Shown in pieces: positions 1 to 8,300 of a stretch of 64,000 bases of DNA. The position numbers and the translations under genes were made by a program. The stretch comes from a virus. The notes under the pieces are model-generated. The model was given only the letters and a program-made list of their open reading frames with translations. It searched no databases and was not told the origin of the DNA. Numbering within the stretch: position 1 is the stretch's first letter; the number at the start of each line of letters is the position of its first letter. The stretch is from the IMG/VR virus record IMGVR_UViG_3300032334_001488, positions 2,502-66,501 of that record, one strand, 5' to 3'.

Positions 1-2
1 CT

Positions 3-1721
3 GGTACTACAGTTACTGTTACTACAAAAACACCACACAACATTAATGTTGGTGCATATGTAATTGTTAGTGGTTCAACAGATAGTGCTTATAATGGCAC
101 ATTTATTGTTACAGGTGCACCCACTGATTTAACTTTTACTTATACAGCAAACGCTACGCCAACAGCAACACCAGCGCCTGGTTTTCCACTTAGCGTTTCT
201 CCCCAAAGCTGGTACGGATCTAAAAGTCGCATTGGTTTATTTGATGAACAAAATGGATTCTTTTTTGAATTTGATGGCCAAACTTTATATGCCGTAAAAC
301 GTAGTAGCACCACTCAAATTAGCGGTACAGTTGCAACCACTAATGGCTCAACCACAGTCACTGGTACCAACACACTGTTCTCTACTCAATTAGCTCCTGG
401 TAATTACATTGTTATTCGTGGCATGAGCTATGTAGTTCAATCTATTAGCAGTGATACGTCTATGAATATTTACCCCGAGTACAGAGGCACAACAATTGGT
501 GGTAACTGCATTGTCAGCAAAACTATAGAAGAAAAATATCCGCAAAACTTATGGAACATTGATAAATGCGATGGCACAGGCTCAACCAAATTCAACTTAG
601 ACCTTACTAAAATGCAGATGCTCTACATCGATTATGCATGGTATGGGGCAGGTGCAATTCGTTTTGGATTTAAAGATCAATTTGGAACTATTATTTATTG
701 TCATCGCGTTCCAAATAGCAACCGCAATACCGAAGCCTATATGCGTTCGGGTAACATGTGTTCTCGTTATGAAGCAAATACCTTTGCTCAATATACTAAT
801 CTTGCCGCGACACTTAGCAGCAGCAACACTACTTCAGTAACAGTTGCAAGTACAACAGGCTTTCCTTCATCAGGAACATTAGTTATTACCGCCCCTGGCA
901 ACACAACTTCAGCTATTGAATATGTTAACTATACGGGTTTAACTGCAACTACTTTTACTGGTTTAACACGTGCTGTTACAAACTTAACTGGTCCCGGTGG
1001 TTTAACCGCTGGTGGTGGCAATGGTACTGCTCAAACTTTTACCTACAGTGCAACTGCTCCCATTCAAGTTGCTTCATTTCCCGCTCAATTTTCTAGCAGC
1101 TTATCTCATTGGGGTTCTGCTGTAATCATGGATGGTAAATACGACGATGATAAATCATACATTTTCCAGGCTGGTTTAAATACTCCGTTATCTAACCTTG
1201 GCGCCAACACTAGTGCAGCAGTGCTTAGCATTCGTATTGCACCTAGTGTTGATTCTGGTATTACCGGTTTACTTGGAGCACGTGACCTTATTAACCGCAT
1301 GCAGTTGACCTTGCGTCAGATGGATGTTGTTGCAACGGGTAGTGCTGCAATTTTTCGGGTTGAATTAATTCTTAATGGCAGACTTGGAGGCACAGGTGCT
1401 GGTGCATTTGCTGCAGCTGGTGGCTCTAGTCTTGCTCAAGTAGCTACACACTCAACCAGTGGTGCAACCACAATTAACGGTGGTGAAAGTATTCTTTCAT
1501 TCTTTGTTTATACACCTAGTGTTGTTCAACAAGATCTTATTTTGGTGCGTGATTTAGGCAACAGTATTCTTGGTGGTGGCACCAGTACCACTGTTCCAAC
1601 CAGCGCACTTAACTTGTATCCTGATGGCCCCGACGTTGTAACAATCAAAGTTACTAACGTAAGTGCGGTCACTACCAATACAATTGCAGCCCGTATTTCT
1701 TGGACGGAAGCACAAGCATAA
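3..1721 (+). CDS. Virion structural/tail-associated protein, 5'-truncated by window edge
   Basis: The frame of the 423..1721 ORF is open back to position 3 (GTTVTVTTKTPHN...). It is T/G/S-rich and beta-rich and ends RISWTEAQA, typical of phage tail/fibre-associated proteins. Confidence 0.6.
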   Translation, partial: GTTVTVTTKTPHNINVGAYVIVSGSTDSAYNGTFIVTGAPTDLTFTYTANATPTATPAPGFPLSVSPQSWYGSKSRIGLFDEQNGFFFEFDGQTLYAVKRSSTTQISGTVATTNGSTTVTGTNTLFSTQLAPGNYIVIRGMSYVVQSISSDTSMNIYPEYRGTTIGGNCIVSKTIEEKYPQNLWNIDKCDGTGSTKFNLDLTKMQMLYIDYAWYGAGAIRFGFKDQFGTIIYCHRVPNSNRNTEAYMRSGNMCSRYEANTFAQYTNLAATLSSSNTTSVTVASTTGFPSSGTLVITAPGNTTSAIEYVNYTGLTATTFTGLTRAVTNLTGPGGLTAGGGNGTAQTFTYSATAPIQVASFPAQFSSSLSHWGSAVIMDGKYDDDKSYIFQAGLNTPLSNLGANTSAAVLSIRIAPSVDSGITGLLGARDLINRMQLTLRQMDVVATGSAAIFRVELILNGRLGGTGAGAFAAAGGSSLAQVATHSTSGATTINGGESILSFFVYTPSVVQQDLILVRDLGNSILGGGTSTTVPTSALNLYPDGPDVVTIKVTNVSAVTTNTIAARISWTEAQA

Positions 1722-1751
1722 TAAAAATCCCGCCACTAAATGTGACGGGAT
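1722..1751. terminator. Hairpin between convergent genes, probable bidirectional terminator
   Basis: ATCCCG...CGGGAT inverted repeat flanked by an A-tract, directly after the stop at 1721. Confidence 0.5.
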
Positions 1752-1764
1752 AAACAATTTGTTT

Positions 1765-2028
1765 TTACTTAATGTTGATTAAAAGTTCCCATCCATCAAT
1801 TAAATGACCATAGTCTCGTGGCTCAGTGCACGGGACATCATGTTTACCACATACATCACAAGTGTCATAATGCATGGTGGCGGAATGATTTTTGGGACCA
1901 GTGTATGCACTTGTAGCATACCACTTGCCTAACTTGAGGCCACAATCCCAACATATCCATGCAGGATACTGTTTCATTTTTTTACTAAAGTATTGTTTTG
2001 TTAATGTTTTTGATGTCTTCAAATTCAT
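1765..2028 (-). CDS. Hypothetical zinc-finger protein
   Basis: CxxC...CxxC motifs; start uncertain. Confidence 0.55.
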   Translation of the reverse strand: MNLKTSKTLTKQYFSKKMKQYPAWICWDCGLKLGKWYATSAYTGPKNHSATMHYDTCDVCGKHDVPCTEPRDYGHLIDGWELLINIK

Positions 2029-2267
2029 TTTTTTTGCAAAAGCTCTGCTTCTTGAAACTTTTTTATTGCCTCAAGGCGAGCAAAGTACTCATCTCGGCAA
2101 TAAGGCCCAGCTTCTTCCAGGCAAAAACGTTGCCACAATCCTGTGTAACAATGATTACTAGGTTTGTAGCATTGATAAAGGTGCTCTAAAAAATCAGCCT
2201 TTTGTTGTTCTTTTTTTACATCCCAATTGCGAAGAATTTCTTCGTAGTTGTAGTTAATTTCAGGCAT
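2025..2267 (-). CDS. Hypothetical protein
   Basis: Compact ORF coupled to its neighbours. Confidence 0.6.
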   Translation of the reverse strand: MPEINYNYEEILRNWDVKKEQQKADFLEHLYQCYKPSNHCYTGLWQRFCLEEAGPYCRDEYFARLEAIKKFQEAELLQKK

Positions 2268-2463
2268 TGCCTAGTACCTCAATGTTAGTGGTTTGAATAG
2301 AAGTTGAAATAACATTTGGGTGTGCTTCAAACAAAAGATCGCTTACAGAAGATTCCAACAGTCCCGCAACTGCTTCTGGTGTGCGTCCTTTAAATGGGTC
2401 GTATTCAATCTCAATGTCAACTGCAAAAGAAACTGTAAGGCATGGAACAGGAACGGGATCCAT
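2260..2463 (-). CDS. Hypothetical protein
   Basis: ORF overlapping the next gene by 8 nt. Confidence 0.55.
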   Translation of the reverse strand: MDPVPVPCLTVSFAVDIEIEYDPFKGRTPEAVAGLLESSVSDLLFEAHPNVISTSIQTTNIEVLGNA

Positions 2464-2483
2464 TAGACAAATGAAAGACCTTA

Positions 2484-2897
2484 TTAGGTTAGCAGATCTT
2501 CTCCTAGAAAGCTAGCGTCTATATTATTTACTTCATTTTCCATAATGTGAAGTTTTTCTTCTAATGTTTCTAGCTCTTCAATAATGTGCATGGTACTCAA
2601 CAAGGTATCTTTGGCATGGGAATGAGTTTCAATATCGCGTTGACGATCTATTTCGGACTGTCTGCGTTGAGACATTAGTATTAATGGGGTTGCAAATGCT
2701 GCCTGGGTAGACAACACTAAGTTCATCAATACATATGGCGCTGGATCAAATTGATATTTCTTAACAGCATTATTGTTCCATGTAATCCACATGGCTAATA
2801 TTAATGACTGCGTAATAATGAATGGCCAAGAGCCTACGACATTAGCTACGCCATCAGCTATACGCTGTCCAAAATTGTACTTAGGTATTTCAACCAT
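2484..2897 (-). CDS. DUF1003-like membrane protein
   Basis: GQRIAD..A..VGSWPFI...FDPAPY.LMNL.LS.QAA...PLILMSQ.RQ motif, two TM helices. Confidence 0.8.
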   Translation of the reverse strand: MVEIPKYNFGQRIADGVANVVGSWPFIITQSLILAMWITWNNNAVKKYQFDPAPYVLMNLVLSTQAAFATPLILMSQRRQSEIDRQRDIETHSHAKDTLLSTMHIIEELETLEEKLHIMENEVNNIDASFLGEDLLT

Positions 2898-2958
2898 AAT
2901 AAAAATTGGCTAACAACTAACGCTGTTAGCCAACAAACTCAACTGTATCTATTTTAAA

Positions 2959-3156
2959 TCAAACTGCATCTACAATTGCGTTTGCAACATCTACATTCTC
3001 CTCTTCTACAAGATCACGCAAAGCTTGCATGGCCCCTTGAAGAGCAATGATTTTTTCTTTGGTAGTGTTAACCGTACCAAGAGCTTCGTTATAAGTATTA
3101 ACAGAAGCTTCAAGCTCTTTGTAGAGGTTGTCCAGTTTTTCTTGAATGTTGGCCAT
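2959..3156 (-). CDS. Short coiled-coil protein (possible tail-fibre chaperone)
   Basis: Heptad pattern ending LQGAMQAL; upstream TAGAAT. Confidence 0.5.
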   Translation of the reverse strand: MANIQEKLDNLYKELEASVNTYNEALGTVNTTKEKIIALQGAMQALRDLVEEENVDVANAIVDAV

Positions 3157-3208
3157 GGGTGCAATAGAACCTGTGCAAATTCTACACTACTTTTAATGCG
3201 GTAGTAGG

Positions 3209-3574
3209 TCAGGCAACTACCCCGGATGGGGGTGATTGCACCCAAGGAAGGGGTAGGGTTACAATCTTAGGATGCTTTTGCAATTCAATATTGTTAGCCA
3301 ATGCTTCCTCCATAGCATCAACTTGTTCTTGACCCATAACAGCTTTAATCCAGCCCACTACTTCATCAAAAGTAAGGCCAGCATATGCGGTAAAGTCCTG
3401 CGGATTTGGTGCACCAAACCCAATAGAACCATAGGAACTTGCTACGTAAGTCTTATCACCATCAACTTCAGTTGCAGTAAAAGTCCAATGGGCAGTTCTA
3501 ACTACGTCAGTCAACCCATCTTCAGATACAGCAGTCTCAAGCTGAGCAATACCCCAGGTAAAAACAATAGCCAT
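3209..3574 (-). CDS. Tail-fibre-associated small protein
   Basis: FTWGIAQLE...VHW...F.AY..LT.DEV.GW...LPW pattern common next to phage fibre genes. Confidence 0.6.
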   Translation of the reverse strand: MAIVFTWGIAQLETAVSEDGLTDVVRTAHWTFTATEVDGDKTYVASSYGSIGFGAPNPQDFTAYAGLTFDEVVGWIKAVMGQEQVDAMEEALANNIELQKHPKIVTLPLPWVQSPPSGVVA

Positions 3575-3600
3575 GACAAATCTTTTTCTTTATTTTACTA

Positions 3601-3864
3601 TTAACCTTCCATCATACGTTCTAATGAATGCACTTGATTGCTTTGGTAATGCCCTAAACGTTTTTGAATAATTGTTGCATAGCTAATAGCAGCATCAACC
3701 ATCTCTTCTGCATCCATACTGGCAGCCAATCGATCATTGGAGATCATTGCAGCCGTAAGAATAGTAGCTTGCCACTCTAACCTGTTACCCATTATGGCGG
3801 AAAGAGGGGTACCTTCCGCCGTAAAGGTCGCCATCATTTGCGTCAAGCGATCTTCTACTGCCAT
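3601..3864 (-). CDS. Hypothetical protein
   Basis: Helical ORF with a plausible RBS. Confidence 0.6.
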   Translation of the reverse strand: MAVEDRLTQMMATFTAEGTPLSAIMGNRLEWQATILTAAMISNDRLAASMDAEEMVDAAISYATIIQKRLGHYQSNQVHSLERMMEG

Positions 3865-3898
3865 GGTACCCCTTGTGTTTGTACTAGTTTAAACTGAT

Positions 3899-4369
3899 TT
3901 ATTTATCAGCCTTAATACCATAATACCAATAGGCATTCTTGGCATTAGTATGAAACCGTTTGCCAGCCATTAGCTTGAGTTTTTTATTCTCAAGGTCTTC
4001 CATTTGCTTGACTTGATAAGGTGCTACCTCATCATCGCCACACAACATGGACAGCTCTAGTGAGCACATATCAATTTGCAATTGAAAGTCATCAACTGAG
4101 TGTTGATGACAAATCATTCGCACATGGGCATCATCTAAATCAACCGGCGCTTCAAGCTTCTGATAAAACGTCTCCGAAATATTCGGATGTGTCCAGTTCC
4201 ATTTTGCGTTCAGTGAGGATTCGCTTGGAACGGACTGCGTATTCTTGGGTGACTTTGACACCGACTGGTAGTTGCTCATGGGCTTGGTAGGCATTGATGA
4301 TGTGGTCAAGGTTAGGAAGCAGTTCAGTTTTGGTTTTAGGAACAACCTTTTCTTCAAGGATTGTTCCAT
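3899..4369 (-). CDS. Hypothetical protein (true start probably 4294 or 4279)
   Basis: The C-terminal half is protein-like; the N-terminus overlaps the Gp157-like gene. Confidence 0.55.
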   Translation of the reverse strand: MEQSLKKRLFLKPKLNCFLTLTTSSMPTKPMSNYQSVSKSPKNTQSVPSESSLNAKWNWTHPNISETFYQKLEAPVDLDDAHVRMICHQHSVDDFQLQIDMCSLELSMLCGDDEVAPYQVKQMEDLENKKLKLMAGKRFHTNAKNAYWYYGIKADK

Positions 4370-4853
4370 TTATAGAACGTACCACAGTTTGTGTGGTAGT
4401 GGTAACCTCTTGAACCATAGCAAATTTCTGCTGGTCTTCAGGGTCCCAGGTGCTAACGTCAGACGTTACCTCTACGGTTAAGTTCTTCTTTGGTACCAAA
4501 GTGAACTGATAGTTGCGTCCAGTAATTTTGCTGTGGTCTGCTGGTAACGACCGACGCAACCAGCCTAGTAGCCCCTTGAGGCTCCGCAGTTGGGATTCGT
4601 GGTGACGCTTGGCATCCGTGAGTAGCTCCGACTCTTTCTTGATCCGTTCCAGGGCATCCTCATGGGACGAGATCGCGTAATAGATACGATCAATTTTTTC
4701 TGAGCGTAGGTTGGCACAAGCTTCAAGCTCTGCTTTTGCCAACTCTTCGGACTCAGGGCTAAGCAAAGGAAGACTGCGTTCCAGGGCAGCATAGTGTTCG
4801 TAAAGTTTTAATACAGTAAGTTGATTAAGTTTAGCGTGAGTTAGCTGAGTCAT
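4152..4853 (-). CDS. Siphovirus Gp157-like protein
   Basis: EKIDRIYYAI...IKKE..LL....R..E.QLRSLK.LL coiled coil plus the P.GVK C-terminal motif. Confidence 0.7.
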   Translation of the reverse strand: MTQLTHAKLNQLTVLKLYEHYAALERSLPLLSPESEELAKAELEACANLRSEKIDRIYYAISSHEDALERIKKESELLTDAKRHHESQLRSLKGLLGWLRRSLPADHSKITGRNYQFTLVPKKNLTVEVTSDVSTWDPEDQQKFAMVQEVTTTTQTVVRSINGTILEEKVVPKTKTELLPNLDHIINAYQAHEQLPVGVKVTQEYAVRSKRILTERKMELDTSEYFGDVLSEA

Positions 4854-4880
4854 TGTTAAGTTGCGTTGGAATAAAGTTGA

Positions 4881-5006
4881 TCAGGCAAATTGAGTACGTA
4901 GCTTACTTAAAGTCCAAGTAATAAGTGCACCCGTGGCTGCAATTAAAATGTTGTGCAGTGCACTGGTCAAGCAAGGAAGGACCGTGGCAGCAAAGAACTC
5001 AAACAT
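4881..5006 (-). CDS. Small hydrophobic protein (41 aa)
   Basis: MFEFFAATVLPCLTSALHNILIAATGALITWTLSKLRTQFA, with GGAG upstream; below the ORF-track cutoff. Confidence 0.55.
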   Translation of the reverse strand: MFEFFAATVLPCLTSALHNILIAATGALITWTLSKLRTQFA

Positions 5007-5033
5007 GAATTGACTCCGAATGTGTAGTTATGT

Positions 5034-5061
5034 TAAGCAGTTTAACGTCATGCTTAGGACG
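5034..5061 (-). ncRNA. PK1 pseudoknot repeat, copy A
   Basis: Minus strand CGUC-C-UAAGCA-U-GACG-UUAAAC-UGCUUA. Confidence 0.8.
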
Positions 5062-5089
5062 TAGGTTTACTTTAAAATTGATTGTGCTT

Positions 5090-6034
5090 TCATTTCTTTA
5101 AAAACCCTTGAAGTTGTGGTAATGAAGTCAAAGGAAAAGGTACGTAGCCAGCCTCCATCATGTTATCAAACAGGTCCCATGCGTTGTGTTGTGTAAACAA
5201 TGTGCGTGGCTTGTAGGTGCGCCAATGTGTTAAAGGCGCCATAGCTCCAGACTGAGTATGCAATAGAACCATTCTTCCATCACTTACTGAATCTGATGGA
5301 GGAGCATAAGCCCATGCAACACACTTCTCACTGGCACTACCACGTGCGTTATTACGTACGTCACTACGCTTAACAAGTAGTTCACGATACTTATTAAACC
5401 AAGTCAAGTGAATGCACCAGGGTTTGTACCCTTCTATCTCAGCCTGGAAATCAGACAGATTATTTAGTTGTCTAGTGAATGATCCACATGAGCAATATGG
5501 CGCCAACGCTTGTACTCCATTGCCATTAGATTCCTCTCCAAATTCAGACTCCATATCAACAGGTTGTGACTCAGCTCGCCAGCCGTCCGGAGCAATAAGA
5601 TGACCCAGATCTGTTTGGTCAGACTGAAGTAACGCTTCCAAACGCGTTTTGTCTTTGATGTGAATAAACTTGTCAGCCCATAACGCTTGAAGTTTGGCGG
5701 ATGCCGTAAGATGTCCCAGGCTATGGTTATAATTCCAGCCTTTAAAAATGACGTAGGCGTTGTTGTGCCAGATTGATGGGCCACGATAGTTTGCTCCGAG
5801 ATAGGAAAAGAAATCTTTGAGTCTGAATGTGTAGTCAAGATAAGCTTGCTTGATCAATGCGCGATCATAACACTGAGTAGTATTATCAGACCGACGCACA
5901 ACAACATTAGTATCAAGTAAAGAGATGTTGCTAATCCCTGTATCATCAAAGCCAGGGAAAGCGCGAGATATGTTAGTACGAGAATAAATTGAAGACTGAG
6001 CAGTGTTGAGCGTTTTATTTAAAAGTGTAGTCAT
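5090..6034 (-). CDS. SWIM zinc-finger domain protein
   Basis: CSCGSF...PWCIHL fits the SWIM CxC-xn-CxH motif. Confidence 0.65.
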   Translation of the reverse strand: MTTLLNKTLNTAQSSIYSRTNISRAFPGFDDTGISNISLLDTNVVVRRSDNTTQCYDRALIKQAYLDYTFRLKDFFSYLGANYRGPSIWHNNAYVIFKGWNYNHSLGHLTASAKLQALWADKFIHIKDKTRLEALLQSDQTDLGHLIAPDGWRAESQPVDMESEFGEESNGNGVQALAPYCSCGSFTRQLNNLSDFQAEIEGYKPWCIHLTWFNKYRELLVKRSDVRNNARGSASEKCVAWAYAPPSDSVSDGRMVLLHTQSGAMAPLTHWRTYKPRTLFTQHNAWDLFDNMMEAGYVPFPLTSLPQLQGFLKK

Positions 6035-6099
6035 TGATACAGATTGGGTGGTTGAGTTGAAGTTGACTTAGCTGTAGACTAAACAAAACTCTGACTGAC

Positions 6100-6366
6100 A
6101 TGGAAGAGCTTGAGCATGGTACTTATGTACCACTTGAGAAGTTTGATTTATCTCCCAGTCTTAATGATAAGTTCTGGGAAGAAAACATCAAACGCCTCAT
6201 TCAAAAATCCACATCAGTCAGTGAGTTACGTGAGATTGCAACGTTGTTGGTAACACTTGCAACTACACGTCAAGGTGTAATTCGTGGGCTGGTAAAAGAC
6301 ATGCACTCCTTTAACAATGTTGTTGTAGATAATGCAGCAATTACCAACCCAGAAGTTAAACCCTAA
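6100..6366 (+). CDS. NblA-like protein (phycobilisome degradation), divergent
   Basis: SLNDKF...IKRLIQ...VSELREIA..L..L...RQ..IR.LV helix-loop-helix resembles picocyanobacterial/phage NblA-like proteins; own TAGACT -10. Confidence 0.4.
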   Translation: MEELEHGTYVPLEKFDLSPSLNDKFWEENIKRLIQKSTSVSELREIATLLVTLATTRQGVIRGLVKDMHSFNNVVVDNAAITNPEVKP

Positions 6367-7371
6367 TTAAAACAAGGAGTCATCCTCACCTGTCATAGGA
6401 TCCTGAGCTGATTGAAGTTGCAACACAATGTGATCAGTCCCTCTGGAAGCAGGAAGGATTTCTACACCTGCCTTGATTCCATAAGCACCACCCAACTTGT
6501 CAGCATCTTGCTTGGAATGTTGATTGATGTAATCAGCAAACAGCTCTTGGAATTTCCAAGTTGATTCACGATCTTCATCAGGAATCGACATGCGATTCAA
6601 TGATTCGATAGCGGCTTCTTCTGTGCTGTAATCAGGTAGGTCAAAAGATTCAATTGCGCAAATCTCAACGTTGTTGGCGCCGCGCATGTCGTTGACAAGT
6701 ACCGGAGTAAATACGGTAGTGGCGTAGAACTTTTCATTGAATGCAAGAGGAACTTCAGCGGCCAGTGCTTTACTAAGGCACTTGGACATTTCTTTTTCAT
6801 ACAACTTGATCTTCTCAGCTGCATCAGTACCGTTCAATCCTTTCAGTGTTAGCACCATAGGAATTTTGTGGGCACGCACATTATCCTTGGTAAGAATGTA
6901 CACAAGGTACTTGGTGCGCACACTGAACTTGCGCTTGTACATCTCACCTTTGCTGTTGGCAAGATCAGAGGCAGTCTTGTCAGCATCCCACAGATCTTTA
7001 ACATCGGGATTATCAAATGTACCGATAGTCATACGCATCCCAGTAGTTTCCTCAACCATGAGGGGAGAACGTAAAAGCACTTGAATTCGAGGCTCAGTAA
7101 AATTGAGTCCTTCTTCAATTGAAGTGTTGGGAGCCATACCAAAAGTTTGCTTGTAGTTCCAGATAACTGAACCTTTAGCAAATTGATCTTCAGTGGCACT
7201 CCATCCGCAAGTGTCAAGGTCTGACTTCCGCACGAACCAACCTCGTGTCTTGGACTTGTTGAGAGGCTGGATAGTGACGAGGTTCTGGTACCCCGAAACA
7301 AATTCTTTAGACTGAAAAAGCTGAAACGATTTGATTCCACGGGTTGCAATAGCAGCGGTTTTCGTAGTCAT
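6367..7371 (-). CDS. Conserved cyanobacterial/cyanophage protein (DUF5895-like), possible ssDNA-annealing function
   Basis: Adjacent to SSB; acidic aromatic C-terminus (EDDSLF); family recalled from memory only. Confidence 0.4.
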   Translation of the reverse strand: MTTKTAAIATRGIKSFQLFQSKEFVSGYQNLVTIQPLNKSKTRGWFVRKSDLDTCGWSATEDQFAKGSVIWNYKQTFGMAPNTSIEEGLNFTEPRIQVLLRSPLMVEETTGMRMTIGTFDNPDVKDLWDADKTASDLANSKGEMYKRKFSVRTKYLVYILTKDNVRAHKIPMVLTLKGLNGTDAAEKIKLYEKEMSKCLSKALAAEVPLAFNEKFYATTVFTPVLVNDMRGANNVEICAIESFDLPDYSTEEAAIESLNRMSIPDEDRESTWKFQELFADYINQHSKQDADKLGGAYGIKAGVEILPASRGTDHIVLQLQSAQDPMTGEDDSLF

Positions 7372-7395
7372 GTCAAGGTCGGTTGGGTTTGTTGG

Positions 7396-7423
7396 TGAGC
7401 AGTTTTACGTCATACTCAGGACG
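7396..7423 (-). ncRNA. PK1 pseudoknot repeat, copy B
   Basis: CGUC-C-UGAGUA-U-GACG-UAAAAC-UGCUCA. Confidence 0.8.
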
Positions 7424-7438
7424 GATTTTTAAAACTGA

Positions 7439-8248
7439 TTAGAAAGGTTCGTCACTAAGCTCCGGTGCAGTGCCATATTGACCAGGTAATTCTGGCAGAC
7501 CGCCGCCAGATGTCACGTTCCAAGGGTCAGAACCTTCATCGGCTGTGCGTCCACCCCACAAGGTTGTCACTCCTTCTGGCGAAGCTACTGTCGTCTGTGG
7601 CTTGATTTCCTGAGCACCTGTCTGCCCTTTGGGAGCCAGGGTCATGCTTACTAATTGAATCTTGGTAAGGCTGCGACGTTCTTTTGTTTCTTTATCTAGC
7701 CAAGCATCAGTAACAAGGCGGCCTTGAATAGTAAGACCAGTGCCTTTACGCGTGAAGTTAACAAGAAGTTCCGCTTGCTTAAGCTTGTCTTCTGCATTGT
7801 TGATTGCATAAAAGTTAAACAGATCAGACTGATTGCGTCCAGTGTTAACTGCTAATGTCTGGTTGCAGATCATGGTACCATCAGCCGTTGTCTTAAAGGC
7901 ACGTGCATCTTGATGGTCAATGTCTTTAACACAACGACCACTAAGGATTACTGTGTTGAAGATAGGGAACTGATCATTAACTTGAGCAATGATTCCTCCA
8001 TGGAGAGAATAAGTTTTAGCCTCCAGATCGAACCGCAGTTTTGCACCATGGATGTAGATTTGAGCTCCTTGAGAAGTACGAGAAAAACGCTCAGCATTTT
8101 TTCCGTACACATTGAGTTCAATTGCAGTAGGTGCTTTGTTTCCAATGGGCGGCAGCAACACCATACAACGTGCTGCTGTGGATGTAGCGCTGGTGTAAAC
8201 TTCTCGTGGCGCTTCAGTAGTCTGAGCGCAAAGTGTAACAAAGTTCAT
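7439..8248 (-). CDS. ssb: Single-stranded DNA-binding protein with two tandem OB folds
   Basis: The second half, NTVILSGR...TLAVN...KGTGLTIQGRL.TD.W.DKET.E.RS, is a classic SSB OB fold. The first half is a degenerate OB fold. Acidic tail SDEPF. Confidence 0.85.
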   Translation of the reverse strand: MNFVTLCAQTTEAPREVYTSATSTAARCMVLLPPIGNKAPTAIELNVYGKNAERFSRTSQGAQIYIHGAKLRFDLEAKTYSLHGGIIAQVNDQFPIFNTVILSGRCVKDIDHQDARAFKTTADGTMICNQTLAVNTGRNQSDLFNFYAINNAEDKLKQAELLVNFTRKGTGLTIQGRLVTDAWLDKETKERRSLTKIQLVSMTLAPKGQTGAQEIKPQTTVASPEGVTTLWGGRTADEGSDPWNVTSGGGLPELPGQYGTAPELSDEPF

Positions 8249-8268
8249 GAAATCAAAAGTGTAGTTGA

Positions 8269-8295
8269 AAGCAGTTTAACGTCTTACTTGGGACG
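8269..8295 (-). ncRNA. PK1 pseudoknot repeat, copy C
   Basis: CGUC-CC-AAGUA-A-GACG-UUAAAC-UGCUU. Confidence 0.75.
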
Positions 8296-8300
8296 GGGCA

